From: an uncultured Bacteroidota bacterium
GTDB taxonomy: Bacteria; Bacteroidota; Bacteroidia; NS11-12g; UBA9320
Length of the DNA stretch: 43,840 nucleotides
Assembly (NCBI GenBank): GCA_913054375.1
Contig: CAJXIQ010000003.1
Span: 1-43,840, forward strand
Direction: 5' to 3'
Position 1 is the first letter of the stretch, and each line of letters starts with the position of its first letter. Shown in pieces: positions 10,541 through 19,399 of this stretch. Both the position numbers and the translations under genes were made by a program. The notes below the pieces were generated by a model. It was not told the origin of the DNA. It ran no database searches and worked only from the letters and a program-made list of their open reading frames with translations.

Positions 10541-11596
10541 TCACTCCACCACAGTAGCACTCGTAATCGGCTCGTTACTTTTTACTATCACAAAACTAGA
10601 GGTAGCATAAAATGCTCCACCTTGCCCAGATGCTGTACCACCATCTGTAGTCCACTCCTCGTATTCGTATTCAAAAATGAACGTCTTACCGGCTTGCGAT
10701 TCTGAGAAAATATCTGTACGCACTGGCACTGCCATACCTGGACACCACCCTGCTCTATCAGGCTCCCAGTTCCCACGCTGTGGTTGAATTACATTTTCTG
10801 GGCAACCAATAGGCCCCATAGTATGCGAAAAGACATTCTCTCCATCTATTTTTACATCGTGTGTTCTAAAGCACCACTCTGCACACGGTCTACCGTCGCT
10901 ATCTGCAGGAGTAGCGTGCCCCCAACCCGATATAACAGTACGTAGAGCCGTTTCTTGTGCATTGCTCGGTATAGTGATTGTACGTTCGAGATCATACGCA
11001 TGTTCTTTACCATACGGCACACCAGAGGTAGACCACTGGTCATACATCAGCACTGGACTTACAGCATAGTATTGATAATCTGGCACTCCCGTGGTTACCT
11101 CAAAATTCACTGTAAGATTCCACCCGTCTGCTCCCCACGTCTCTATACGAGCCCGAAGGTCTACATCACCCTGAAGCAGTGATTTAAAATCTGTAACATC
11201 TATCTCGATGCCTTTTTCTAATTGAGAGGTATTTACTCCATATGGAGTAATGTATCTTCCAATTTCATACCACTTATCTGCAGCCTTGTCTTTTACTTTT
11301 ATGTTGGCATATACATCCCAAATATTGCAACCACCCGTTGGACAATCTAAGATCACAAACATTTTGATATTATCTATATTTCGCTCTTGAGGATGCATCG
11401 TAAACGTCTTTTCTACCGTCTGGTTCTCTCCGCCTCCAAAGGCAATGCGTTGTTCTTCAAAGGTTTTGTATTCTATGGTTTCTACTACCACTACTTCCTC
11501 TTCTGGGATAGGATCTTCTTTCACTTCCTTATCCTTACACGCTTGATAACCTAGAATCAGTGGCAAAGCGATAGCTACTATTTTGATATATTTCAT
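10541..11596 (-). CDS. Peptide-N-glycosidase F (PNGase F) family lipoprotein
   Basis: Motifs WD, WYEIGRYITPY, EIDVTDFKSLL, ETW, ISGWGH, CAEWCFRTH and PDRAGWCPGMAVP match PNGase F as I recall it. Lipoprotein signal ...LILGYQA-C then KDKE. Start refined to ATG 11596 (ORF track starts at TTG 11605). Confidence 0.88.
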   Translation of the reverse strand: MKYIKIVAIALPLILGYQACKDKEVKEDPIPEEEVVVVETIEYKTFEEQRIAFGGGENQTVEKTFTMHPQERNIDNIKMFVILDCPTGGCNIWDVYANIKVKDKAADKWYEIGRYITPYGVNTSQLEKGIEIDVTDFKSLLQGDVDLRARIETWGADGWNLTVNFEVTTGVPDYQYYAVSPVLMYDQWSTSGVPYGKEHAYDLERTITIPSNAQETALRTVISGWGHATPADSDGRPCAEWCFRTHDVKIDGENVFSHTMGPIGCPENVIQPQRGNWEPDRAGWCPGMAVPVRTDIFSESQAGKTFIFEYEYEEWTTDGGTASGQGGAFYATSSFVIVKSNEPITSATVVE

Positions 11597-11750
11597 TGAC
11601 TTCAAAGAAAGAAAAAAAAGTCTACAATAGCGAGCAACTAATGTTAGCCATACGTCATCAATCAGCTACCATCGATGAAATACGATAGGTAATATGTTTT
11701 TCTGAGGGTACTCACAAATGCTCCGCTTCTCAACAAGGCGAAAGAAGCAC

Positions 11751-11781
11751 AAAAAAAAGGCGAACCTCTCGGTTCGCCTTT
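11751..11781 (-). terminator. Intrinsic terminator of pnp
   Basis: Minus strand AAA-GGCGAACC-GAGA-GGTTCGCC-TTTTTTTT, 34 nt after the pnp stop. Confidence 0.9.
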
Positions 11782-11815
11782 CATCAATAATTTGTAACTG
11801 AATTATTCAGCATTA

Positions 11816-14083
11816 TTATCCTACGTCTGGATCTTGACGTTTTTCACGTCTATCACCACCGCCACGGTTGTCTCTACCACCGCCACGATTATCTCTGCCT
11901 CCTCCGCGTCTGTCATTACCACCTCTACGGTCGTTATCTCTACGCTCTCTTGGTGGACGCTCTACGTATCCTTCTGGCTTTTCAGTAAGCACTTTCATAC
12001 TTAGCTTAAGCTTGCCACTTCTTTCGTCTACAGCCAATAATTTCACTGTAACTTCTTGCCCTTCTTTTAGAGGAGCTTTGTCCATGGTCTCAATACGTTC
12101 CCATGATATTTCTGAAATGTGAAGCAAACCTTCTTTACCTGGAAGTATCTCTACAAATGCACCGAAGTCCATTATTTTAGTGATCTTGCCTGTATACTCG
12201 GTTCCTGGCTCAGGATCAGTGATGATACCCGTAATCCATTCTTTAGCAGCCTCTATTGGACCACTACCTATACCAGAGATCTCAACACGTCCTGTGTCTC
12301 CTTCTTCTTCTATAGTGATAATAGCACCCGTTTCAGCTTGTATTTCTTGTATAACTTTACCTCCAGAACCAATGCAAGCACCGATTTTATCTTTAGGTAT
12401 AATCATCACCTCAATCTGTGGAGCGTGATCTTTCAATCCAGTGTTTGGAGTAGAGATTGTTTTCTCCATCTCACCTAGAATATGCATTCTTCCTTCTTTG
12501 GCTTGTACTAAAGCTTCCTCCAATACGTCATAAGAAAGGCCTTCTACTTTCATATCCATCTGAACAGCGTATATACCGTCAGCGTTACCAACTACTTTAA
12601 AATCCATATCTCCCAAGTGATCTTCATCTCCTAAGATATCTGAAAGGATAGCATAACGACCTTCTTTATCTGCAACCATACCCATGGCGATACCAGAAGC
12701 TCCTGATTTTACCTGAATACCTGCATCCATCATTGCCATACTTGCTGCACATACCGTAGCCATAGAGCTACTTCCGTTACTTTCTAGTATGTCTGACACG
12801 ATACGAAGTGTGTATGGGAAATCATCTGGAATCATTCGCTTGATACCTCTCTCTGCCAATGCACCGTGACCAATCTCTCGTCTACCTGGACCTCTATTTG
12901 GTCTAGCTTCTCCAACAGAGAAAGAAGGGAAATTATAATGTAGCATCAACTTGCTAAATGACTTCGCTTGATAGTTATCAATCATTTGTTGGTCTAGCTT
13001 AGAACCCAATGTTACCGATGTAAGTGACTGAGTTTCTCCTCTGGTAAATAAAGCAGAACCGTGTACGGAAGGTAGATAATCTACCTCAGACCAGATTTGT
13101 CTTACTTCATTAAGTGCTCTTCCATCAAGACGTTGCTTGTTGTCAAGCATCATATTACGTACAGCTTCTTTTTTAGACTTGGCTAGGTATCTTTTTACCA
13201 TAGTCATAGTCTCACCATCTGTATCTTCTGGTAGGGATTCTATGTATTCTTTGCTGATAGCACCGAATTTCTCAGAACGTTCATCCTTTTCGGAAGGAAC
13301 TTTAGCTGCATCATAAAATTTCTGGTAAGTAGCTTCTTTTACAGTAGCTGCCAATTCTTCAGAATTTGTTTCGTGGTTGTACTCACGAGGTGCTTTTCTG
13401 CCACCCATTTGGTCGCAAAGAGCAAGCTGTGCTGCACAATCTTGTTTGATGAATGTATGGGCAAATTTCAATGCCTCTACCATATCTTTTTCAGAAATTC
13501 CGTTCATTTCACCTTCCACCATATTGATGTCAGCAGCTGTACCAGCTACTAAAAGGTCTACGTCAGAATTTTCCATTTCAGTAGCCGTAGGATTTATCAC
13601 CCACTCACCATCTATTCTACCTACTCTAGGAGCAGAAATAGGACCTTCGTAAGGAATATCTGATATCGTAAGTGCTGCAGAGGCAGCAAGTGCTACAAGT
13701 GCATCTGGCAATACATCTGCATCCGCAGATATGAGCTGAATCATTACTTGTGTCTCAGCATGGTAGTCACTAGGGAAAAGTGGACGTAGTGTTCTGTCTA
13801 CGATTCTACATACTAAAATTTCAGAGTTAGAAAGACGGCCTTCTCTACGAAGGAAACCACCTGGAATACGGCCACCAGCCGCAAATTTTTCTTGATAATC
13901 TACAGACATTGGTAAAAAATCAACTCCAGCTCTAGCCTCTTTGTTAGAGACTACTGTGGCCAAAAGTTTTAGTCTGCCTTGAGATAATACGACAGCTCCA
14001 TGTGCTTGTCTTGCGAGTTTACCCGTTTCTAGTGTGACATCTTTGCCAGCACCGTAGGATAGTGTTTGTGTAAATACGTTCAT
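11816..14083 (-). CDS. pnp: Polyribonucleotide nucleotidyltransferase (PNPase)
   Basis: ETGKLARQA, GGFLRREG, HGSALFTRGETQ, RREIGHG, ESNGSSSMA and EDHLGDMDFKV motifs, then KH and S1 domains. Start refined to ATG 14083 (MNVFTQT). Confidence 0.97.
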   Translation of the reverse strand: MNVFTQTLSYGAGKDVTLETGKLARQAHGAVVLSQGRLKLLATVVSNKEARAGVDFLPMSVDYQEKFAAGGRIPGGFLRREGRLSNSEILVCRIVDRTLRPLFPSDYHAETQVMIQLISADADVLPDALVALAASAALTISDIPYEGPISAPRVGRIDGEWVINPTATEMENSDVDLLVAGTAADINMVEGEMNGISEKDMVEALKFAHTFIKQDCAAQLALCDQMGGRKAPREYNHETNSEELAATVKEATYQKFYDAAKVPSEKDERSEKFGAISKEYIESLPEDTDGETMTMVKRYLAKSKKEAVRNMMLDNKQRLDGRALNEVRQIWSEVDYLPSVHGSALFTRGETQSLTSVTLGSKLDQQMIDNYQAKSFSKLMLHYNFPSFSVGEARPNRGPGRREIGHGALAERGIKRMIPDDFPYTLRIVSDILESNGSSSMATVCAASMAMMDAGIQVKSGASGIAMGMVADKEGRYAILSDILGDEDHLGDMDFKVVGNADGIYAVQMDMKVEGLSYDVLEEALVQAKEGRMHILGEMEKTISTPNTGLKDHAPQIEVMIIPKDKIGACIGSGGKVIQEIQAETGAIITIEEEGDTGRVEISGIGSGPIEAAKEWITGIITDPEPGTEYTGKITKIMDFGAFVEILPGKEGLLHISEISWERIETMDKAPLKEGQEVTVKLLAVDERSGKLKLSMKVLTEKPEGYVERPPRERRDNDRRGGNDRRGGGRDNRGGGRDNRGGGDRREKRQDPDVG
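11846..11960 (-). repeat. Low-complexity R/G/D/N tandem repeat (RGGGRDN-type) in the PNPase C-terminal tail
   Basis: Translation RRDNDRRGGNDRRGGGRDNRGGGRDNRGGGDRR, with an imperfect ~21-bp DNA unit. Confidence 0.8.
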
Positions 14084-14348
14084 AATGTTGCGGTTATTCC
14101 GCCAATGTTTAAAAAAATGTTTCATCGCAGACCCAATGCCTACGACGTTTTTATTTTCTGCTCTACATTGTAGAAATTAAAAGCTGTAAGAAATTCCTAC
14201 GCTTGAAATTATTCGACTTCGTAAACAAAAAGTGCAAATACACAAAAACATCAGCGTTAGCCAATGTATTTCTGTACATGCTAGTTTCTCAACTATACGA
14301 AAGGGACTTTTTCCAGAAAGAGTTTCTCGCCACAGGCGAGTAGGCCAA

Positions 14349-14621
14349 TTACTTTCTGATGCCTAATTGCTTGATAAGCTCACGGTAATGAACAATATCT
14401 TTCTTAGCAATATATTTTAGTAAAGATCTTCTTTTACCTACTAGTTTAACCAATGTAAGCTCAGTCGAAAAATCTTTTTTGTTTTTCTTAAGGTGTTCTG
14501 TCAGGTGCGATATTCTCTGTGTGAATATAGCAACTTGTGCTTCTGCATGCCCAGTGTTCTTTGCGTCTCCGCTGTACTGTGCTATTAGTGCTGATTTTGA
14601 TTCAGCTGTTAACTTTTCCAT
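14349..14621 (-). CDS. rpsO: 30S ribosomal protein S15
   Basis: NTG..EAQVAIFTQRISHLTEHL, KD, LVGKRRSLLKY and LGIRK motifs; upstream of pnp. Confidence 0.97.
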   Translation of the reverse strand: MEKLTAESKSALIAQYSGDAKNTGHAEAQVAIFTQRISHLTEHLKKNKKDFSTELTLVKLVGKRRSLLKYIAKKDIVHYRELIKQLGIRK

Positions 14622-14648
14622 TATTGTAAATATTCCTATTTAAGCCTG

Positions 14649-14656
14649 CAAAAGTA
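14649..14656 (-). promoter_or_regulatory. -7 element (TACTTTTG) for rpsO-pnp
   Basis: TAnnTTTG match followed by CA, 27 nt upstream of the rpsO ATG. Confidence 0.75.
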
Positions 14657-14780
14657 AGATTAATTCTCAATTATTAGTTGTTATCCTATAATTATTAAGA
14701 TGCTTATTTATTTCTTCTACCTTAAATAGTTGGATTAGCGATGTGAACGTATTTTTAGTTGGGCATAGTCTATTGGTAAC

Positions 14781-16868
14781 TTAATACCCTCCAGCCCATT
14801 TTCTCACAAACCATTCTAAACCAAGCAGACCGAAGATTAGCCAAAAAAGCCACTTCATTTTAATGAGGTCTTCCAGTTTATTTTCTTCTGTGATTACGGA
14901 TTTGAATGCCTCGTTTTCTATCAAGTCCTTGCCCAAGCTTGCTATCTCCGAAAAAGGAACAAATCCACCCCCTGTAGTTTTTGACAAACCACGCAACAGC
15001 TTAAAGTCTGCCGTAAGATTGACTAACTCTTTTTGCTGGCCTAACACCGTGAAATAACCATTATCCTTTAATTTCACTCCTGCTACCGTAGCATTTGCAG
15101 TATATTGATACGCTCCTACTGCTAGATTTTGCAATACCAATCTGTACTGACTACTGCTGGCTGTCATGGTATGCTTGTATATCTTACCCGCAGCATCTTT
15201 TACGCTCACATTAATCTCTTGCCCACCGATAGCCTCTAAACTCTGATTGTACAATTCTCCTAGCACAGTAACACGCTCTCCTACCCCATATTGCTTAGCA
15301 CTCGAATAAACATTCAGTAATTTTTTATCTTCCTTTACGGCCAAGTATTGCACCATTTTACCGATGAGTTCATTTACGTTTTCGTGGCTTTCGTTTTGTT
15401 CAAACTCTGCAAGTCTCCACTGCCACAATCCAGAGCCTGCAAGCAGCCCAAACCGCACTTTACCCGCATTACTCAGCAAAGCCAATGGCTCCTGGGTAGG
15501 AACGGTACCTATCTGCTGGTAGAATAGTACATCACTTGGCTGGTAGCCGGTATACTTGCCAAACAACGCTCGCAATGGAGGCCATTTCTTAATACTGTTT
15601 GTCACCTCCGGTGCGAGGTCAAAATATTCAAAATTGCCATTGACCAATGGAAGGGCCGCATTGGTTCCCCTGCCTCGGGTGATATATTTTATGTCTTGGC
15701 TGCCTGCACTAAAAATTCGTCCGTTGAAATCATCTCCTGCGATAAGTAGGACAGGCACACCACTGCTACGCAATTTTTCATACAAAACCAGCTCTGCTTG
15801 CGAGGCAAACCAATTGTGCAAGACCACTAAATCAAATTCATTACTGACTTCGTAGGTACCTAGTGATAGGATAGCTTCATAATTTTCATTGCTATTGATG
15901 GTAGTTTGCAACATACCTAAATCTGGATGTGGGGAGGCCGCCCAAATACCTACCTTCTTTTTACCATCGATCACGTCTACATAAAACGTATATCCATTAT
16001 TTGCCTTATTCTTCTCATTATCAAAAGCAGTCAATCGTATCTCTACTTTATTCTGACCAACCTTGCCAGCTTTGGCTACTACATCTATCTCTTGATAAAA
16101 AGACTCTTTGGATATACGAAGACTCTTTTGCGTAAGCATATTACCATTGAGCAATACCTGCATATTCACTTGCTTACCTCGGAGTTTGTTTGCCTTCACC
16201 TCTATGCGAAACGGAAAGGCGTTGCCTAAATATGCCAGTGAGTTGTGCGACACATTATTAACACTCAGATCGGCGTAGACCGCAGTATCACCAATCCCAA
16301 CTGTATAAATAGGTACTTTATAATTGTCTGCAATGAAACTTGGATTACTTCCTGCGTTATAAATACCATCACCCAACAGCACAACACCGCCCAAGTTTTG
16401 GTTTACATATTGCTCATTAACGTGTCGTAGGGCTTGATGTAGATTACTCTCACTGCCCGTGTATGACAGTTTATCTAAAGGTGTAAATTGAGCTACATTA
16501 CTATAGCCAATGGTATTCACCTCGTACTTCTGGGCAAGTTCGGTTTTTAAGATACGCAGTGAGGCCGCTATCTGTTCAGACTTAACATCTTTTTGGACTA
16601 TGGATTTACTGTCATCCACTAGTAGAGCTATGATTGGTTTCTGAGTTTCGAAACCTGCATACGTCAGTATAGGACCAAGCAGCAGAAATGCCAAAAGACT
16701 AGCGAATGAAAACCGCAAAAGAGGCAATACAATTTGTACCCACTTATACTCAGAGAATCGGTCGGCATCCTTTGATTTGTAATACAATGCGCCTGCATAT
16801 ACAAATCCAACAAAAAGACAAAGTACACTAAATGTCCAAGAGTACGGTATGGAGATATTCCAATTCAA
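14781..16868 (-). CDS. vWA-domain membrane protein (BatA-like N-terminus, Ig-like middle, C-terminal TM)
   Basis: Two N-terminal TMs, LLVDDSKSI (DxSxS MIDAS), LLGDG, PIYTVGIG, GLWQWRL and terminal LEWFVRKWAG motifs. Confidence 0.75.
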   Translation of the reverse strand: MNWNISIPYSWTFSVLCLFVGFVYAGALYYKSKDADRFSEYKWVQIVLPLLRFSFASLLAFLLLGPILTYAGFETQKPIIALLVDDSKSIVQKDVKSEQIAASLRILKTELAQKYEVNTIGYSNVAQFTPLDKLSYTGSESNLHQALRHVNEQYVNQNLGGVVLLGDGIYNAGSNPSFIADNYKVPIYTVGIGDTAVYADLSVNNVSHNSLAYLGNAFPFRIEVKANKLRGKQVNMQVLLNGNMLTQKSLRISKESFYQEIDVVAKAGKVGQNKVEIRLTAFDNEKNKANNGYTFYVDVIDGKKKVGIWAASPHPDLGMLQTTINSNENYEAILSLGTYEVSNEFDLVVLHNWFASQAELVLYEKLRSSGVPVLLIAGDDFNGRIFSAGSQDIKYITRGRGTNAALPLVNGNFEYFDLAPEVTNSIKKWPPLRALFGKYTGYQPSDVLFYQQIGTVPTQEPLALLSNAGKVRFGLLAGSGLWQWRLAEFEQNESHENVNELIGKMVQYLAVKEDKKLLNVYSSAKQYGVGERVTVLGELYNQSLEAIGGQEINVSVKDAAGKIYKHTMTASSSQYRLVLQNLAVGAYQYTANATVAGVKLKDNGYFTVLGQQKELVNLTADFKLLRGLSKTTGGGFVPFSEIASLGKDLIENEAFKSVITEENKLEDLIKMKWLFWLIFGLLGLEWFVRKWAGGY

Positions 16869-17016
16869 GGGGTAAAATTAATAAAATGGTTGGTTACTTG
16901 ACTCTCGATATTCAATTCTAGGCATTCTCCTGTCATCACAATTTGTATTCGGCCTAAAATTACATTCTTTCAATGAACAATTTGACCAATTAATTATTTC
17001 ACTACTAACTAAATTT

Positions 17017-17024
17017 TACATTTG
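17017..17024 (+). promoter_or_regulatory. -7 element (TACATTTG) for FNR-arsC
   Basis: TAnnTTTG match 4 nt before GTG 17029. Confidence 0.7.
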
Positions 17025-17028
17025 CCGC

Positions 17029-18036
17029 GTGATAGAAACAGACATCATAATAATAGGTGCAGGTCCTACTGGACTTTTTGCCATTTTTGAAGCAGGATTG
17101 CTAAAACTAAAGTGCCACCTCATTGACTACCTTCCACAACCTGGAGGACAGTTGGCAGAGATATACCCTAAAAAACCTATTTATGATATTCCTGGGTTTC
17201 CGAGTATCCTAGCCGGTGAGTTGGTAGACAACCTCATGGAGCAATCTGCTCCCTTTAATCCAGGCTTTACGTTAGGAGAAAGAGCAGAGAGTATAGAGAA
17301 GACTGAGGACGGCCAGTTCATAGTAACTACCAATAGAGGTACGGCTCATAAAGCTCCCAACATAATGATTGCAGGAGGCCTTGGCTGTTTTGCCCCGCGC
17401 AAACCCGAATTAATAAATCTCGAAAAATACGAAGACAAGGGAGTAGACTACATCATAAAAGATCCGGAAAAATTCCGAGACAAGAAAGTTGTAATAGCCG
17501 GCGGTGGCGATAGTGCATTGGACTGGTCCATTTTTCTTGCAGATGTAGCTAGTGAAGTAACGCTAGTACACAGACGTAAGTCTTTTCGTGGAGCACTAGA
17601 CTCTGTAGAAAAGGTAGAGAATCTTGATAAATCAGGTAAACTAAACCTGATCACGGAAGCACAAATATCTGCACTAGACGGTGGCGATGAGCTGAATAAA
17701 GTAACGGTGACCGAGAACAACGGAACAGTGCACGAAATAGAGACGGATAATTTTATTCCACTCTTTGGGCTGAGCCCAAAACTAGGACCCATAAAAGAAT
17801 GGGGACTCGACTTGGGTAAGGAAGCAATACTTGTAGATACGACAGACTACCAAACGAATGTGCCAGGCATTTTTGCCATAGGCGACATCAATCAGTACGA
17901 AGGAAAACTCAAGCTCATCTTGTGCGGTTTTCACGAAGCCACCATGGCAGTACAGAGCTGCTATAAGCGTATTTTTCCTGACAAGAAATTGGTCTTGAAG
18001 TATACCACAGTTATGGGTGCCCCGGGGAGCCAGTAA
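17029..18036 (+). CDS. Thioredoxin-reductase-type ferredoxin--NADP+ reductase (YumC-like)
   Basis: GAGPTG, YPKKPIYDIPG, GGGDSALDW, HRR and GDI motifs; lacks the TrxR CxxC. Confidence 0.88.
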   Translation: MIETDIIIIGAGPTGLFAIFEAGLLKLKCHLIDYLPQPGGQLAEIYPKKPIYDIPGFPSILAGELVDNLMEQSAPFNPGFTLGERAESIEKTEDGQFIVTTNRGTAHKAPNIMIAGGLGCFAPRKPELINLEKYEDKGVDYIIKDPEKFRDKKVVIAGGGDSALDWSIFLADVASEVTLVHRRKSFRGALDSVEKVENLDKSGKLNLITEAQISALDGGDELNKVTVTENNGTVHEIETDNFIPLFGLSPKLGPIKEWGLDLGKEAILVDTTDYQTNVPGIFAIGDINQYEGKLKLILCGFHEATMAVQSCYKRIFPDKKLVLKYTTVMGAPGSQ

Positions 18037-18073
18037 TTATCAATTGTAATTAACGTTTTTCTGTAGAACTAGT

Positions 18074-18418
18074 ATGTTAAAAATTTACCATAACAATCGC
18101 TGCTCCAAGAGCAGGCAATGCCTTGCATTAATACCTACAGAAGGCGTTGAGATAATTGATTACATCAAAAAACCGGTGACCGCAGCTGAGCTGAATGCTT
18201 TGATACAGAAAATCGGGATCACTCCAATTGAACTAGTACGTAAAGGCGAAGTTATTTGGAAAGAAAACTATAAGGGCAAAGAGCTTACAGATGCAGAAGT
18301 AATAGATGCTATGGTGGCCAATCCAAAGTTGATTGAAAGACCAATCGTAGAGACTAGTGCCAAAGCTATGGTATGTAGACCTCCCGAGTTGGTGCTGGAA
18401 GTACTAAACAGGCAATAG
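18074..18418 (+). CDS. arsC: ArsC/Spx family (glutaredoxin-dependent arsenate reductase-like) protein
   Basis: HNNRCSKSR, LIERPIV and RPPE motifs. Confidence 0.8.
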   Translation: MLKIYHNNRCSKSRQCLALIPTEGVEIIDYIKKPVTAAELNALIQKIGITPIELVRKGEVIWKENYKGKELTDAEVIDAMVANPKLIERPIVETSAKAMVCRPPELVLEVLNRQ

Positions 18419-18459
18419 ACTTGGGACTACTAAAAATACAATCGTAGAAGTGTTAATCC

Positions 18460-19305
18460 CTATTTCCTAATCTCCACTTGATGTGGGTATGGAATCTCGA
18501 TATTATTCTCATCTAGTGCTTTTTTGATAGCCTCATTTGCAGCAAAATAGACGTTCCAATATTCGGCAGATTTCGCATACGGTCTTACCGTTAAATCGAC
18601 TGAGCTATCTCCAAAGCCCAAGATACCGACAAAAGGAGCCGGGCTCTCTAATACGTTGGGCACATTTTTCATCGCTTCTAACAGCACTTTCTTGGCCTTT
18701 TCTATATCTTCACCGTAACCAACACCCACAGTTAAATCAACCCGTCTATTATTCTCCTTGGTATAATTGAGCACTTTATTATTGGCCACCTGCCCATTTG
18801 GCAAAATCGCTGTATTATCTGCGGGTGTAGCTAGTATCGTATTCAAAACAGTGATGCTTTGCACTACACCCAAAACGCCGTCACTTTCTATGAGATCACC
18901 GACTTTGAACGGTTTGAACAGGAGAATCAGCACTCCACCTGCAAAATTGGCAAGGCTACCTTGCAATGCAAGACCTACGGCCAAGGAAGCAGCACCCAGC
19001 ACCGCAACAAAACTGGTAGTTTCTATGCCCACCATAGAGGCTACGCTCACCAATAAGAGGACTTTAAGTGTTGCATTTGTCATACTGCTCAAAAAGGGCA
19101 CAAGAGAGATGTCAACTGTTTTATTCGTAAGTAGTTTATTCAACCAACGATTTATACGACCAATAAGCCACCAGCCTACAAGTAACGTAATAACCGCTGC
19201 AGCTACCTTAGGCAGATAGGTTTCTACTATGTCACTGAGGTAAGCCATCCAAAAGCTCATTTTCTGTTCTAACATTAACTCGGATACTTTATTTTCTGCC
19301 GCCAT
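18460..19305 (-). CDS. mscS: Small-conductance mechanosensitive channel
   Basis: GAASLAVGLALQGSLANFAGG, KPFKVGD, PN and IEIPYP motifs. Start uncertain (19317, 19305 or 19275). Confidence 0.9.
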   Translation of the reverse strand: MAAENKVSELMLEQKMSFWMAYLSDIVETYLPKVAAAVITLLVGWWLIGRINRWLNKLLTNKTVDISLVPFLSSMTNATLKVLLLVSVASMVGIETTSFVAVLGAASLAVGLALQGSLANFAGGVLILLFKPFKVGDLIESDGVLGVVQSITVLNTILATPADNTAILPNGQVANNKVLNYTKENNRRVDLTVGVGYGEDIEKAKKVLLEAMKNVPNVLESPAPFVGILGFGDSSVDLTVRPYAKSAEYWNVYFAANEAIKKALDENNIEIPYPHQVEIRK

Positions 19306-19399
19306 AATAAAGGGCAATATATAACATAAATAGATAAAAAGGTTGTTCTAAATATCGAGTTTACAATAAGGGAATTATCTTCGCCCCACAGCTCATATC

